DNA of 43,993 nt, counting the filler, from Catajapyx aquilonaris (Eukaryota), in the NCBI GenBank assembly GCA_000934665.2. It is 2 parts of 2 records of this genome, joined end to end, with 100 filler letters (N's around TTAATTAATTAA, not from the genome) between each part and the next. Parts side by side here need not be neighbours in the genome. Positions count along the whole stretch, not along the records: positions 22,062 to 43,993 come from JYFJ02005941.1; 1 more part is not named here. One strand, 5' to 3'. The translations under genes were made by a program, and so were the position numbers. The stretch's first letter is position 1; each line of letters starts with the position of its first letter. A model generated the notes under the pieces. It made no database searches. It was not told where the DNA came from and worked only from the letters and a program-made list of their open reading frames with translations. This document shows positions 24,314 to 38,600 of the stretch, piece by piece.

Positions 24314-26010
24314 ATATCCTTACTGATAACAGTTCCCAGCAGATATTATTTCTGCAAGGCTAATAATATAATTGTAGCCTACTGTATGGCAGAGCAGGGC
24401 TGTGAAAAAAAACACAGGTAAATAAACTAGAAAATTAGTGGAAAAAATAATAGAAGAGCCCATCACATGTCGAATCTTTCTAAGCCTCTCTCTATCGACA
24501 CACTCAATCATCACTTGGCCAACTCCCGTGCCATTGCCAGACCTCCATATTTTGCGAGTCACCTACACTAATATGAGCAGGCACATTTTACAAGTTCTGG
24601 TCTACTTTCATGGCTCAGATGTAGCCTGGGTAACGGTAAGTTGACACCTCTAAAGTTGGTGATAAATTAATACTCTTGAGCGAAATATCTCGCTTGAACA
24701 CTTCCCGTATTCTTAAACTGAATGCAAAACTGATATTATCATCATTTGCTGGAGTCTGCCACTTGATTCATCTGTGATCAGCAAACATCTTCCCTCGTAA
24801 GTGGATCACAATATTATAGCATAGAAGTAATCCTACCATGTTGCTCTTGCCGGTGCAGCTTTTCAACGTAATATATTATCAAATATGTTTTATAGCTACT
24901 TAACATGTGACTGTATAGCATATACGCCTTAATAAAATCAATGTTTTGCACCATAAGTTACTTGCCCTTGAACAGACCTCATCACTACACGCAGTATGTG
25001 TGATCAACTGAAACACAAAACGATCAGAAAGAGTCTTGCGAGTCTCTGAAGTGTGAAGGCTGCATTAATGAGGAATCTATTTTTCAATTCTTTGTCTGGA
25101 GGCGTGCAGTTGATCTTACAAAAACTTCCCAATAGAATTATAGAAAGAATGCGTCATGGACTATTATGTCGAACACTATATTGACAAAAGTGTGATTAGA
25201 AGCGTTATGTGCAACGATGTTAATTTTAAGGTAATTATTTACATCATGCTCATGCATTTGTGTCATATCCCTTTGAATGTCTTATATGTGTCAAATTTTT
25301 AACCCTCTACAGTATACACCTTTAAACTAGGGGTCACTAGCTTGCTAACTATACCCTTGAGCGACACGTGATGTTCTGTTTGTTTATTTTTTAAGATCAT
25401 GCGCAATTAATAATCGTATAATCGTAATAATCGTAGTGGTAAACATCCATGTTACAAGAATAAAATAATTAGGCTATATTCACATACTATCCTGTTGGAA
25501 ATAGTCAGATGGCAAGACAGCCTTATTTGACGTAAGTCCTTTGTGCTGCAATATATTGCAGTCTGAGTTAAGCTTAGTCTTGTTGCATGACTAACCAGCA
25601 TTATATCATAGTCTAGAACTTTTCTTATGTCACTAATATGGGTACTGTATGCTGCAAACGAACGTACATAGTAGACGGATATCGTAGTAAGAATAATTAC
25701 TCGAGACCTTTCGACAGTATTACGAGTGGTTAGATTAGCATTGGCGTGCGCCACAGACGCGAGACGGCCTAAATATTCAGGATCCAGATCAGCGCAAGCA
25801 GACATGTTTCTCCTCGTCTCTCGTCCCTGCCTTTTGATCGGCCGTGAGACGAGAAATAAATCACAGGTCTCCCATGTTACATAGTCCGGGTCTTGTATTA
25901 ATATGCACTGCATTTAGATGAGCATAAAGTTTTTTTTTTTTTTGCTTCATATGCGTCAGGAAATAGAAGACGCCGAGAGTCAGTACAGTATTATCTGACA
26001 CTTTTTTTTA

Positions 26011-26811
26011 CCGTATTACCTCACTTAATGCGACATGCCGGTATAAAACGAGGTCGACCAGCATTGCCGGTATAACCCGGGAGTGGCCGACATGCCGCAA
26101 TAACCGAGGTAGATTTCCATCATTTTGATCCTCGACAAATATTTTTGAATGCATTTGGTACTGTACTGTACTAAAATTATGTTACTACTTAAAATGTGCG
26201 AGTGCAAGCCCACAGTGCTGTGAGAATATGCAAGTTCGTCTTTTGCACATGGCATAGAGTGCTTGTGAGTTGTGACCAATCCCATATTCCGCCTACTCGG
26301 AAAGGGAAACCCCCCCCCCCCCNNNNNNNNCCCCCCCCCCCCCTAAACATTAGAAAGGATCAAGGCAAATTCCTTCAGTCCTTCGTTTAGCTCAATAGTT
26401 CGCTGGTCACAGATATCGTTGGCAATCAGAGGATCACTTTGTGTGGTTGGTATCAATTTGTCTGAGAAGCCTAGTTACTCATATAATAAAATCAAAACCT
26501 GAAATATCCTGGTAGGCATGCTTCCCTTCTTACGGCCTTGCACTTTATATGTTACTGTGATATTTGAACTTAACGACCGATCTTATGGGATGTGTCAGGT
26601 GATAGAAATGTACTGGGCTGTATCCGTACCGTAGAACATGGTGTCATGCATTCATTTGAGTAATAATAATTTTCATAGAAATCGTGATAATGCCGTGCTT
26701 AAGAAAACCTCGCCCTATACCGACATGCCGGTATAGCCACCAGATCGTGCATTTATAAAAACTGGTCGGCCTCGACTACACCAGCATGCCGATTTAAGTG
26801 AGGTAATACGG
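26011..26811. mobile_element. ~800-bp non-autonomous pogo/Tigger-like (Tc1/mariner superfamily) element
   Basis: TA|ccgtattacctcacttaa ... ttaagtgaggtaatacgg|TA; subterminal repeated cgacatgccg motifs at both ends; no transposase ORF. Confidence 0.85.
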
Positions 26812-28634
26812 TAAATAGTTCAAAGTTGTTATCCAGAGAAAATAACAAAGAATGTGAGGATCCACGTTAAGTCAATCCCGGGAAATGACCTTCCTTGTTG
26901 TTCCTTTGTTGTTTTTTTAGAGCCCCTGCTTGTTTGCAAGAGCCAAGAGTAACTCTCTGCTTTTTTTATATAGTGTATAACTCGCCACGCGTTGCTTAAC
27001 TGGAAGATATTGCTGTAGGTCATTCGATATCTGGGAAGCTACAATAATTTCTTGGTAAAGGCGATAAAAAATTCTTAACATGATATTGGAATGAAAGGCT
27101 GACGGTAGTGGTAGACTTTGTGGCTGTTGCACCCAGGTTGCACCCGATCTTGAAAGTAGCTTATTTAATGATCACACCGTTGGAACGAAGCAATAATTTA
27201 AGTGTAAACAATAATTTCATTTTTAAAAACACCTGCATCATTAAAAATCCGAAATTATCTGGTTACTGAATATTGAAATACATGGCATGTACCAAATACT
27301 GCAAAATTTTCTTTTCAAATTCCTACGTAAATGTCCTTCAACACGAAAAGAGGACACCTTAATATTATGTGGCATTGAGTAGCTAATTGTTTACAAGGAG
27401 GTACCTTTCGTAACTCTTGATTTGGAGCTCTGGATTGGAGAAGTTTATCATATTTTAATTATTTATGCCAAATATTCTAATCTCCCCGTTCCGGACAGCT
27501 ATTGGGAATAACAATACATGCGTTTAATATGACAACAACCTCCTAACGTCCTACAGGAACAATTTGCGTTGCAAAGAACTTTGCAAAGTTTCAACCGAGG
27601 TTTCAACATTGTACACATGAGGTGCAACTGGAATATCTAATCTTAAGGTTATATTGTTAATATTGCACCACTCATCTGAGCCTAAATTCATCCATACTGA
27701 CAGTGAGCGAAAAACTGCGGATGTCCTCTGTGAAATGATGATAAAATGCGACGATGATAAGATTATTATTGTTTGTTGTGTAGATGTTCTCATTCACAAA
27801 ATTTGACGCAAGTAATCTACTGTAGGTTTATCTTGAACTTCGACATGCCTGTCATTAGGACTTCACTATATACGCTATCGCTTAAGTTAACTAGATGTAA
27901 ACATTATTGCAATACTTTGTATCTTGCCTTCTCTGAAGACGTGACTTCATAACTTGATATTCCGTATCAGACTATTCACACCAGAAAAAATGACTACCAA
28001 TTCTAGCGTGAAGGCTTTTTTTTTACTATGCCGTTTATTGAAGTATACCGTACTGATAGGAAAGGACCTGACTTTGAATGATCTAATATGTGATTTAGCA
28101 ATTCTTTTTTTTTTAAAAAAAAAAAGCAAACCATGCACATACACTGCACTACTCAAGCACTGGCAGCATGCACAATGTTTCAACTCGTACTCCACGCATG
28201 TGAGTTGTCGCTATCTAAGTCATGCAGGACGGTGTCCACCTTAGTACATGTCTCTGCTACACTACGATGAACGTGACGGCAAACATTTTTTACACGAATA
28301 GCTTATACGCACAATGGCACGCTTCTCAGCGACCTCACTATAGTGCAGATACTCAAATGTACCTCGAACTTCCCTCTTTATCTATGGATTCCATACACAA
28401 CGTGGGTAGTAAGAGAAGTCACTGCCATATATTATTACATTTTTTTATCGGGAATGGGCATTCCTGACCATTTCATAGACAGCTTTACGTCACTGGCGAG
28501 GTGGTATACTACTGGAAATGTTAGGCTAGTCACAGGGTTGCGCACAAAGTCTCGATAGTATATCTCAAGGGTGAAGGTATATACCAAGTATAATACTTCC
28601 TGTATACGGTATTACTTTCATAGGTAATCAAAAA

Positions 28635-28934
28635 TGTTATGTGCTAAAACAACAGATTGGAATGCTTGTCGAGCACGCTGAGAGTAATGTATAGAGCAAA
28701 ATACGAGAGCCTGGTAAGCAATTGGTCAAAAGTGAAAAGGGACTGACCACTCCCTTCTCTGCCCAGGTCCAAGAAATAAGGTCTGAAATTTCAGGCGGCC
28801 CAAAATGCCTCTATAAATACCCAGAAGTGTCCTCCCTGTGGATCTCCCCCTCCCACAGTTTCAGTTACTTACTTACAATTAGTTAATATATGCTGGCGTA
28901 AAATAAAGTTCAATGAAATCAATAGCACATATTA
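28635..28934 (+). mobile_element. Possible solo LTR
   Basis: Terminal imperfect IR tgttatgtgcta / tagcacatatta, internal TATAAATA (~28812) and AATAAA (~28902) near the 3' end; no TSD found. Confidence 0.3.
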
Positions 28935-29411
28935 TAATTATGTGTTTTGCAACGTCATCGTCACTTGCCTAACACAACCACGAAGCTACAAACTACGATC
29001 GAGGCACACCATGATCTAGTCACACCACCCTGAACAAAAAAGGAACAATAACAAGTTTATGAGGAAAGGATCACAGTCATGTGCCCCATTCAATCTGCGC
29101 ATGACATTTCACAAAACAGTGCCCCCCTGCCCTACAAGTGTGAGTAGGCCTATAGTTTCAACAATAACCTTAATCAACATGCTAATATCTTTGATAACCT
29201 ATAAAAGTAACTGTTCCTCTAATCGTAAGAAACGCCACACAAGAAAGATCAGCATAGTGCAAAATATCGCTAACCATTTTGGACTTTTCAATTGAAACAT
29301 ATTGCAAGGCTGCATTATTATGTAGAGTGAAACTTCGAGTCAATTTAAAACATGAACTATCGACGCAGTATTATTTCAAGGAGAAACCTAGATTGGTATG
29401 CAAAAGAACTC

Positions 29412-29495
29412 AATTGAATCACTTTTTATAAGAAGGGAACAAGTCCAACAACCTTCAATTGGACTTGTTCCCTTCTTATAAAAAGTGATTCAATT
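29412..29495. repeat. Perfect 37-bp inverted repeat (84-nt hairpin)
   Basis: aattgaatcactttttataagaagggaacaagtccaa (29412-29448), 10-nt loop, exact reverse complement 29459-29495. Confidence 0.95.
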
Positions 29496-30258
29496 CTTCC
29501 TGACTCATCATCGAAGCTATAACTGATTTACTAGTTGAAGAGTTTTGCATGGTGGCTTGGCTGTAATGTACACTCGAGGCAGACCACGTTGCAGAAATTT
29601 CATAATGATACTGTGACAGTCGACACTATTCTGCGTTTGCACAGTAAAGAAGTTTCGCCTGTATCCAGGGTCCGCTATACTTTGCTTCCATTTTGACATA
29701 TTGCAATGTTAGCACTAATTTTTCCATCTATATCTCACGCCTTATAGTCCTATGGTCGGACTCAATAAATTTTCAATGCACTATGAGAGTTTTTCCAGTG
29801 GTTCTCTCTGTACTCGCACAAATTTCTCGAGGTTCTTCATCCTCCAACTCTTATTAGGAACCATCTACAGTTCCCACAGAATAACTCCCCTCTCTGGGTA
29901 TCGAAGCATTGCATCATCCCGCTAATGTCTCGAAGAAGTAAATTGTCTGAGGAGAAGAAAATAGAAAAAAAAGGTGGAGCTGGTGCAGGTGGTGTGCGGT
30001 TGCAGGTGGGGCTTAGACGTATGTCCATCCACCAATGTTGTCCTGCACAGCAGACAGGCCCTTTCAGATAGAGGAATAGCGGGGTGAGAGAGGGAGAGGA
30101 GGTGGGTAAAGCTGGTGGGAGGAGAGAGGGTGAGAGGGATCGGGGGTAGATAGGGCGCCAATTGGAGTGACGGCACGCTCGGAAGCAAACCACCCTCCCC
30201 ATCCCATCCCATCTCACCCCACCAACACCACTACCCATCCCAATACATACACATGTAG

Positions 30259-30295
30259 TATATATATCCCGTCCTAACTGCAGCACCTCTCAGTG
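30259..30295 (+). promoter_or_regulatory. Core promoter of ana-like gene (TATA + arthropod Inr)
   Basis: TATATATAT at 30259-30267 and TCAGT at 30290-30294 (predicted +1 at 30292, TATA about -31 to -33), 119 nt before the ATG; CCAAT at ~30158. Confidence 0.65.
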
Positions 30296-30410
30296 TGCGG
30301 TTGGACCACAGGAGCTCATCTTGAAGGCTCTCTTGGCTGCTGCTGCTTAGCGGGTCTCCCAACCCAACGACCTACCCCCTTGTACTCCACTTGCTACTGG
30401 AGAAGAAGAA

Positions 30411-32585
30411 ATGGCCATGCTGAAGGTACTGGTCGTGCTGACCTGCGTGCTGGCTTCGTCGTGGTGCCGGGTGGTGCCGGTTGCCGAAGACACGGAGGAA
30501 CCGGCGGAGGGCAATGCCACCGATGCTCCTCCAGCTTCCGATTCGGATGTCCCCCAGCAGCACGTGCCCGCTGAAGAGTGGCCCTACTCCAGCCAGATGC
30601 ATCACCAGCTTAAAAACATCAGGGAAAGGTCAGTACAGAGTATGGGGGGAAAAAAGGACGCGATAGTAATGAGCAGGTTTGCCGCAATATTCGGGATGGC
30701 AATGAGAAACGGTTGCATAATAGTGGTCCGAGTGCTGTCAAACTGGACACCAGGGTCATAATAATGACGCTACCAATCCAATGTTTCACTCTTCGTTGCA
30801 TGCGTGAAGTTGTAAATAAATAATTCCGACCCGTGATTTGATATTGAGAAGCGTGGCAGCTAGACACTCTCGAGAGAAAAAATGGGTAATTCAAAGAGCC
30901 ATTCGGTTATTTTTATGCAAGGAATTTGTCTGAAAATAATCCCAACTCATTACTGTCTTGTGTCATTCAGAAATGCCTGAGAGCCGATATTGTTAATCTG
31001 CAGCACAGTGCGACATTGTCAATTGAATTCAATACCTCATAACCCACGGATTGCAACGGCAGACTGGCGCGTATTTCGTCCTGTAATGATGCAATATACG
31101 TCAATATGCAAAAAAAAAGTTACGAGTTGCAGTATGTTACTTGGATAAAATAATTATTCTGCATATTTACACCCGCTGGGAAGAAGTTTCCGGATGTTAA
31201 AATTACGTTATTCTAATATTTACGCCTAAATTACAATGCCCCAAAGAGCATTATCAAGGAATTGAGAGCGTACATTGTGACCGTTGCACTGTATGTAGGT
31301 GTCGGCAGATTTTCAGCAGAGCTAATGTAGGATACATCGTAATTAAAATTCTGCAACGGAATAGATGATCTGATGCACACTTTGCGGAATAATTCAGGAA
31401 ATGAAACTATTCTCAATATGACAGGAGTAATCCAGGTGTGAGCTTTTTCAACTATAGTGACTTTCCCCATCATATCCAGGCTAACCGTGTAAATGTCCCT
31501 TTATGTCAGTTGAATATTCATTTTCTTGTGCTATATATATTTTGGGCAACTGTCACAGAAAGGATTCTCCGCCCGTCATATACTCTATCGCACAAAATGA
31601 CGCACATGATTGGCAGCTATTCCTATAAACTATAAATGGTAATCTCCAACACTTTTATTTGCCATTTCGTAAAGCTATTAAATTTTTTTGTAAAACCAAA
31701 TTCCTCAAACGTGAGTGCAATAGTCGAAAGAAAAGAAACCAAAAGCATAAAATGGTTTTAAAAAATAGAGTATAGTTTCTTGAACTGTCAGGAATTCTAT
31801 AGATGATCTTTTAACCACCAAGGGTCATATTTCCAGGCATTTCGTCTACAGTACGAATGTGGCATATTTGGCGTTTGCCAGACGGCTCCACGTATAAGCT
31901 CTTTCTTTCGGTGTATATTTAACTTGACCGAACTTTTCTGCTCCGTCCTGCCTTTGCCCTCGTAATAATATTACGGCCTTTCAAAGTCCTTCACTTCGGT
32001 TACGTAATATTGAGTTGCATTCCTTCAATTCCTTTGCTCAATTCGTTTCAGAATGGGAAACATCACTGTGAAGAGGTAAGAAAGTTGTTGAAATAAATTT
32101 TTTGTGATACTCGTGATTGCGTAGTGTCGTAATAAGTTTTATTAGCACGTGCACGGAGAATGTATGCGATATAATATATTTATTATTTACTAATGCAGTA
32201 ATTTGCATTTTTATAGTCCACTATTTACATGCCGTAGTTATAGTATGCTGTTTATATGAATTTGCTGCACTAAAGACGTAATTAACTCCATCCTGTATAT
32301 TAGTAATGTTCTCACAAATTATTATTATTATTATTATTTCGTTCGTGAATGTGCTTCACCTCATTTATTTGCCAAACGTACTACCGGGCCATGTACTTTA
32401 CTGCTACATAAAATTGAACGTTATTAATTGGTCCAGATACTTGTCACAGGTCCTACAGGTTGCCTCAAAAAAAATCCAAAAACAATCACCATCCAATAAT
32501 GCTCACACAAAGAGCGACTATATCCCATTCATACCTCATTATACAACTAAAATAAATTATTTGATGTTGTCCTCATTACGTACTC

Positions 32586-32662
<77 letters not shown>

Positions 32663-35600
32663 GGGTGTGAGTAATGGCGCAAGTGGCCCAATTAATTCCT
32701 CCCAGAAGGTGAGATAGACATTCCTGATTGAAATAATCTAGATTCATCGATTCCGGCCGTAAGTCCACGAACGGTTTGTGACCCTCCTTTTCGCAACGGT
32801 ACGAGTCTGGTCCTCATGGCGCCACTCGCGTCCAGAAGCCTACAGGCGCCTCCACCACCTTACTTCCCTTTATATGCAAGCAAGGCCAACCTGACTGACT
32901 CTCCTGCAGGTGCTGTCTATAACTGGTTTACTCGTAAATTAGTGCAGGCCTCATCAGTAGACAGGATATGGCGATATAGCCAGAGAGCTGAATGCCAATT
33001 CTCTTCCCCATTTTTTTCCCATACATATTTCTTTTTTTGGAAGCGGGCCTGGTGCATCAGCTGTTGCCTTTGCTGCACTGCATGCTCGGCTGAAGTGTCT
33101 GCAACTAGGATGTCAGAGGATAATGCTATGGGGCACACGAGGCAATGCACGCGAGGCCTTGCACTTGATTTCCTCCTGGCTATATGTATATACTGTACCC
33201 CCGATCTCCCATGACTTGAGCTTGATTGAAACCTGATGTAATGCGTACTTCCTCTCGACACAAACGGATCATTCGGGACAGATACTTCCAAATATAGCCC
33301 TTTACGGTAGATTGACAGCTGACAGATAGTCGGTCTGCTTCATTGCTCGTTGATGCTCAGTAAACACGCGGTATGAAAGTGAGCATGAGGTGGTGGAGGG
33401 AATGGCAATTACTCAATGAGGATGTGACACTCTGGTAACGTTGTAATTGCACGTCGCGCAGAACAGTGCAGAATTTATGAGAACCCGTGTTGAAATCATC
33501 AAATTAGCAGTTATTAAAATTCGCATGGAAATTAATTACAGTATTCCACCATGTCTATATGCTTCAAAAAAATTACAGTAAAGTATATTACTTTCCAGTT
33601 ACAATTATTACAGTATTTCGCTCATAAAGCAAACACGAGAAATTATAAATATTTAACTTAATCATATTCATTACAGTTTAATGTAACTTGTGGCTATAGT
33701 CGTGCAGTAAAGCAGCCTGTACCGCAGTTTGCAAACTTTGCAGACAGCAGCCCACACTTTAGACCCTTTGGTCGCAAAATTTCGAATCATTTCCCTTTAA
33801 TAAATGATTGAAGCACACGCACTTTCCCACCACCCTTCAGAGAATACTAGTCATATCTAGTTCTTGTGACACCTAGACCCACAATAGTAGTACGCGTACT
33901 GCGAAGCATAATTTGCGTATTGCCAAGTTACCCCTATCAACACTATACAGGGTGTTCATGAACAACACCGACAATCCTATACCATCCCCTACCTAGACAC
34001 CAGAGGTTCACTTTATGTAGAGGAGTGATTGTGCCTGGGCCGCCTCATTACCGCGCAAATTGCCTTCAAGCAGGTAGTATAAAATATCCTGGAAGTTAGG
34101 CCACCCAACGAACTCTCCCCCAGTCAGAAGGCTCTGGGAGGTCTGGGGGCCGGACTTTGTTGGTTTCTTGCCCACAGGTGGAAAGGCCTCAATAGTTACA
34201 CCTGCAAATTCTATTTAAAAGTCAGAAGGTGCGATTAGGCAAAAATAGCTGAAGAGCAGGTGGGTCAATATCTCAGTAAGGAGGCGGTCTAGACATAATG
34301 ACTCCTCTACATAAAGTGATCTCTGGTGCCTAGGTAGGGGGTGGTATAGGTTTGTCGGCGTTGTTCATGAACACCCTGTATAAAGCTAAGTCATTCAATC
34401 CAGGCAGCCTTGCAAACGGCCATGAACTCCTCTCGTGTGATGTCGTAAAGGATTCATTTGATCAACCTCATAGGATGATGACATTGCGCTCGTATTACGT
34501 AACCCCGTCATTCTCCGGGCAAAATATAAACTTCGTGCGACAGCACAGCAAAAACGATACCCAATAACGAGAGGTCCTCCGATTAATTAATAAAAAAAAG
34601 CCATAAAGATTTTACGAGCTCATTGCTATATATCACCTCCACCGTACAAGCAAAATAATTGAATCATACAACCGTTGTTTCCAGACTTTTCCTGGCCATA
34701 CAGGCAACGTTCATACTCTTTTATTTCCCCCATGCCCTAAGTGGCGCAACTCGACCCCATTTGGCGAAATGTGCTTTTGTGTAAGGCCCTATAGCGATAG
34801 GAGGTGGGCAGCCGGTAAAGAACTGCCAGTCTGGAGAAGGACAAAACGTCTGCATTCCAGCCAAGAGGTCTCTTCTCCTATTGAATCTGACCCCCCTCCC
34901 TTTTCTTGTTCCTCCTCCGAGTGAATGGGCCTTCAGTGGACAACACACAGGTGCTGTCTTTTTGAATGGAGGGGTGACCAGCCAGCCCAGCCAGCAGGCC
35001 ACACCACGGGGGAATCCCTTGCCTGGCCGTGTGTGTCTGTCTGTCTGAGTCTGCAAGTCCTTCCCCCCAAGTCCCCACCTGCCTGTGTGACCCCTCTCAA
35101 TGCAGCACCACCCCGTCTCCATTGTCTGCAGTCTGACGCATGTACCATACCGATAAATAAAGAAAACCCACTTCGCAGACGTCTGCTGCCTGGAGCTATC
35201 ACGACATCCGGATGAATGGACCCTGGCCTCTGCTATATGTTATTCGTCAAAAGCGGAACCAGAAAAATAACCGCTTCCACGCAGTTCCTATATCACACCC
35301 TCAGGTGGGTTTTGCGCTCATTGAAAGAAGCAACTCATGGCAACAACTTGGCGCAATGTCTTTCAACAATGTTATTAGCCCAGATTTTCCATTTTGAAAA
35401 TTGCGAACAGGGCATACCTGATAGAGGAAAAAGGACGTAACTCGCACACCTCGCCCAATTCCCTGGGTGAGGCAAGTAGACAAGAAGAAAAGGAAGAATT
35501 GGAGACGATTCTTCACTGTCAGCAAAATGGGCTGATTTATGGAGGCGCGCCTAGAATGGCTGGACCCAAGGGCTCTGCAATTATCCACCGCGGGAGGTAC

Positions 35601-38600
35601 CAAGCACCAGACGGTTTTACAAAAATGCCTGTGGTCGCTCGCCCTATTTTGCCATCTTTTTTCATGTCTTCCAACCTCATTGTCCTCAAATTCCTTATCA
35701 TATAATACGGCAAACACGCATGGGAGTTGTTAGGTAACTCGTACGGCACGCATTTTTTCCCCATAAGCCTTGGGGGCTCATGAGCAATCAGACTGGTATA
35801 TATTAACAAAGTAGATTAACTGTTTTGCTGCATTTCAGTCCGTACCTGATGAGTCAGTGGCCTCGTACAAAATATGCGGTAAATCCAGCACCTCAGGGTA
35901 ATTCTATTACCTGTATCCTCAGCAAAATACGAGGAAGAACCTCCTGATTCACACCGGAAATACCTTTCATTTCAGCAGTGGGTAGTTCACATGCTGCAAT
36001 GCAAGTGGTTTAATTGAAATGCAGACAAAATACAGTCGACATAAAAAATTGAATGGCAGTAATAAAAAAGTCCTCAATTAAAGCCAGTCCCATACAGTCG
36101 AGTGTTTTGCGAACTAACGCGCAGCCTCGAAAGGGATGATCAAACCCGTCTGAGTTCGTAGACATGTTTTTCTTGCCTGCGGTGGCTGGAAACTTCCCAG
36201 AACCCCTATAAATAAATGCAGCATGACTAATTTGATTTTAAGCTGCCACTTGAGATTCAGAAAATGCCATCATAGGAAATAGCGTGGAGGCAGAGCGGAA
36301 CACGTTCTTATCTCGCACGCCTGTAAACCATTAAGTCCTCAGTACTTCATAAACGTGATTGCTCAGATGTACGTATATAATAAAGGTATATGGCCCACCC
36401 ATTATTTCTTTACTATTCGCTACTGTAAGGCGTGGATTAATTTGTTATAGCAAATAGCAAATTAGGGTCAGAGTACCTAGCGGTTACAATGGTCAAATTC
36501 TTGTTATATGCCAGGAACCTTTTTATAAAGAGGTCGATTAGGCTATTTGGTGATGAATCATCTAGATACCTTTTACTTCGGTCAGTTCCTGTGAGGTATA
36601 CGGCATGGAATCTGCATGCTAGTGCATGAAGACAGCACACGTGATGTGCAATAGCATTTTTAACAGTGTTTCATTTATGCAAATTAGCAGAGTTGATTAA
36701 TTACAGTCACAAAGCCAAATGCTCTATATTAATGAACATACTTTTCATTCAATTTCAATAAAACATTATGCATTTTAAGAACATATGGGACTAATTCAAT
36801 GCGGTTAAACTGGTCTGTAGCACAATCTATCAGTTCGACAAATATTTAAGTACTGAACAAGTTTCCATTTTATGCGACATAAATTCTCAGACCTACTGTC
36901 TATAGGTTAAGTATGCTCTATATGGTTCAATGAACTACTTTGTGTGTGCAATAATAATTAGGCCAGTAAAGTGTGTGATGCTCTTCACTGAGACATGAGA
37001 GATAAACTTACTCACTATAGTGTCAGGCGTTACAGTATATCTTCTATGCAGCCTCTTGGCAGCCTTTACCCGTAGAAAAATTGCTTAGGACCTTTGAAAT
37101 ATTCGCCAAAGACCATATGTGTAGAACCTAAATCACAACAACATTATTATTTTTTTGTTTCATTTGGATGTGAAGACTTGAAATTCAGAACGATCTGAGT
37201 AACATTTCGCGCAAAAATTAATTAAATATTTCTAAATATAGTCCCGTCAAAGTATTTATAGTGGTCAAATAAGACATCTGCTAGAGAAATTACAGCTTCC
37301 TAGATGAAAACTTTCGAACAAATATTCATCAGTTATACATTATTGCATTATTCAAATTTCAAACCTTCATATCTCAAAATCAGTCATATGTGACTTTCAG
37401 GTCTTCATATAATTTCATACCATTGTGAATGACAATCAATCAGTTAAAGAACAAAAAACCAAATCCGGATCATCTCTTCCCCTTAAATGTCAATAATACT
37501 ATTGAATGTTCTGTATACTCGTGGTTGGCTTTCCTGACGAGACCACTGTATACAATTTACAAGGACATTATCAGAGCCACCGAGATCCAGAATGTTAACG
37601 ACAACTATCTGAACTATACTTGCACAAAGAAGCGTTTAGAAAGTGTCCGCATTAGTGCCATGCATATTACTAACATGTGTTACTTTTGTACCTAGATTAT
37701 TGCACTCTTCTACACATTTTATTCTGACTCATCACTGAGTTGCGCTTATTCTCCACCTCATCCCCGTTTCGTTTCCTCCAACAGAAGCAAAGAAATCCGC
37801 ATGAAGGAGATCAAAAACCAGGTGCTAAGCTCAGTCGGATATCTCCGTCGCCAGCCAGTGGTCAACAGAACCCTGCCTAACGACCACATAGACAAAATGA
37901 GGACCATGTTTGAGAAATTCAACCACCGAGAAGTACTGAAGTGGGGCGCATCTGCCGGATACACCGGAAAAGTCCAGAGCTTTTACCCGTCCTGTGAGTA
38001 TACAACATTTTTTTTTCTTATTTCGTGCTGCATGTGTATTGCCAGCGCAATATTACAATAATTCAGAATATGTAAATCGGGCATGAGGTAGTGTAGCGTA
38101 CGTTATACCCCCAAGCGAGCCTCCCGAGCCTGTCGGGAACATGTTAGTCACTCTGGGCATAGTCGCACGCAAGATCACCTGATGGGACATTCCGGTTCCT
38201 CAACTTGTCCATAATAATAAACTATACGGCTGGTCGGGTCTGCACACAAAAGTAAACAAACCTGGCCACAACTGAACATCTCCCATCCTCCCCACCTAGC
38301 CCCTCCAAACTCCCCTGAAGTCTACTAGGCTCGTTCATACATACACCCACCTTCTTCCTGCGTCGCCATTCACCAGACGCACAAAAAATGGACCACAGAG
38401 ACGTGGAGAAAGAGTGAGAGAGAGACGGAGAGAGAGATAAAAAAGAAACTTGTTTGAATCTAAGTAAACCCGGTAATAACAGTCACGCTATTGCGAGAGG
38501 AAGTCTTTGTCACTTCTAGTACCTTACACACCCAACATGCCACCTACGCCTCGGTGTGTGTCTCACGCTGGGTCGGACTGTACATATAGGAGTATATAGA

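Noticed and set aside
25450..25881. Second possible solo LTR (tgttaca...tgttaca with AATAAA) and the 153-aa minus ORF
   Set aside because: No TSD, termini ambiguous, ORF has no recognisable motif.
21557..30628. Functional linkage between the lectin array and ana
   Set aside because: Separated by an artificial spacer; adjacency not established.
34721..35809. GC-richer intronic blocks with overlapping ORFs (also 29837-30286, 40137-40673)
   Set aside because: No recognisable domains or splice-compatible structure; possibly regulatory DNA, but unsupported.
38085..38106. tgaggtagt matching the 5' end of let-7
   Set aside because: Only 9 nt match and there is no complementary arm.
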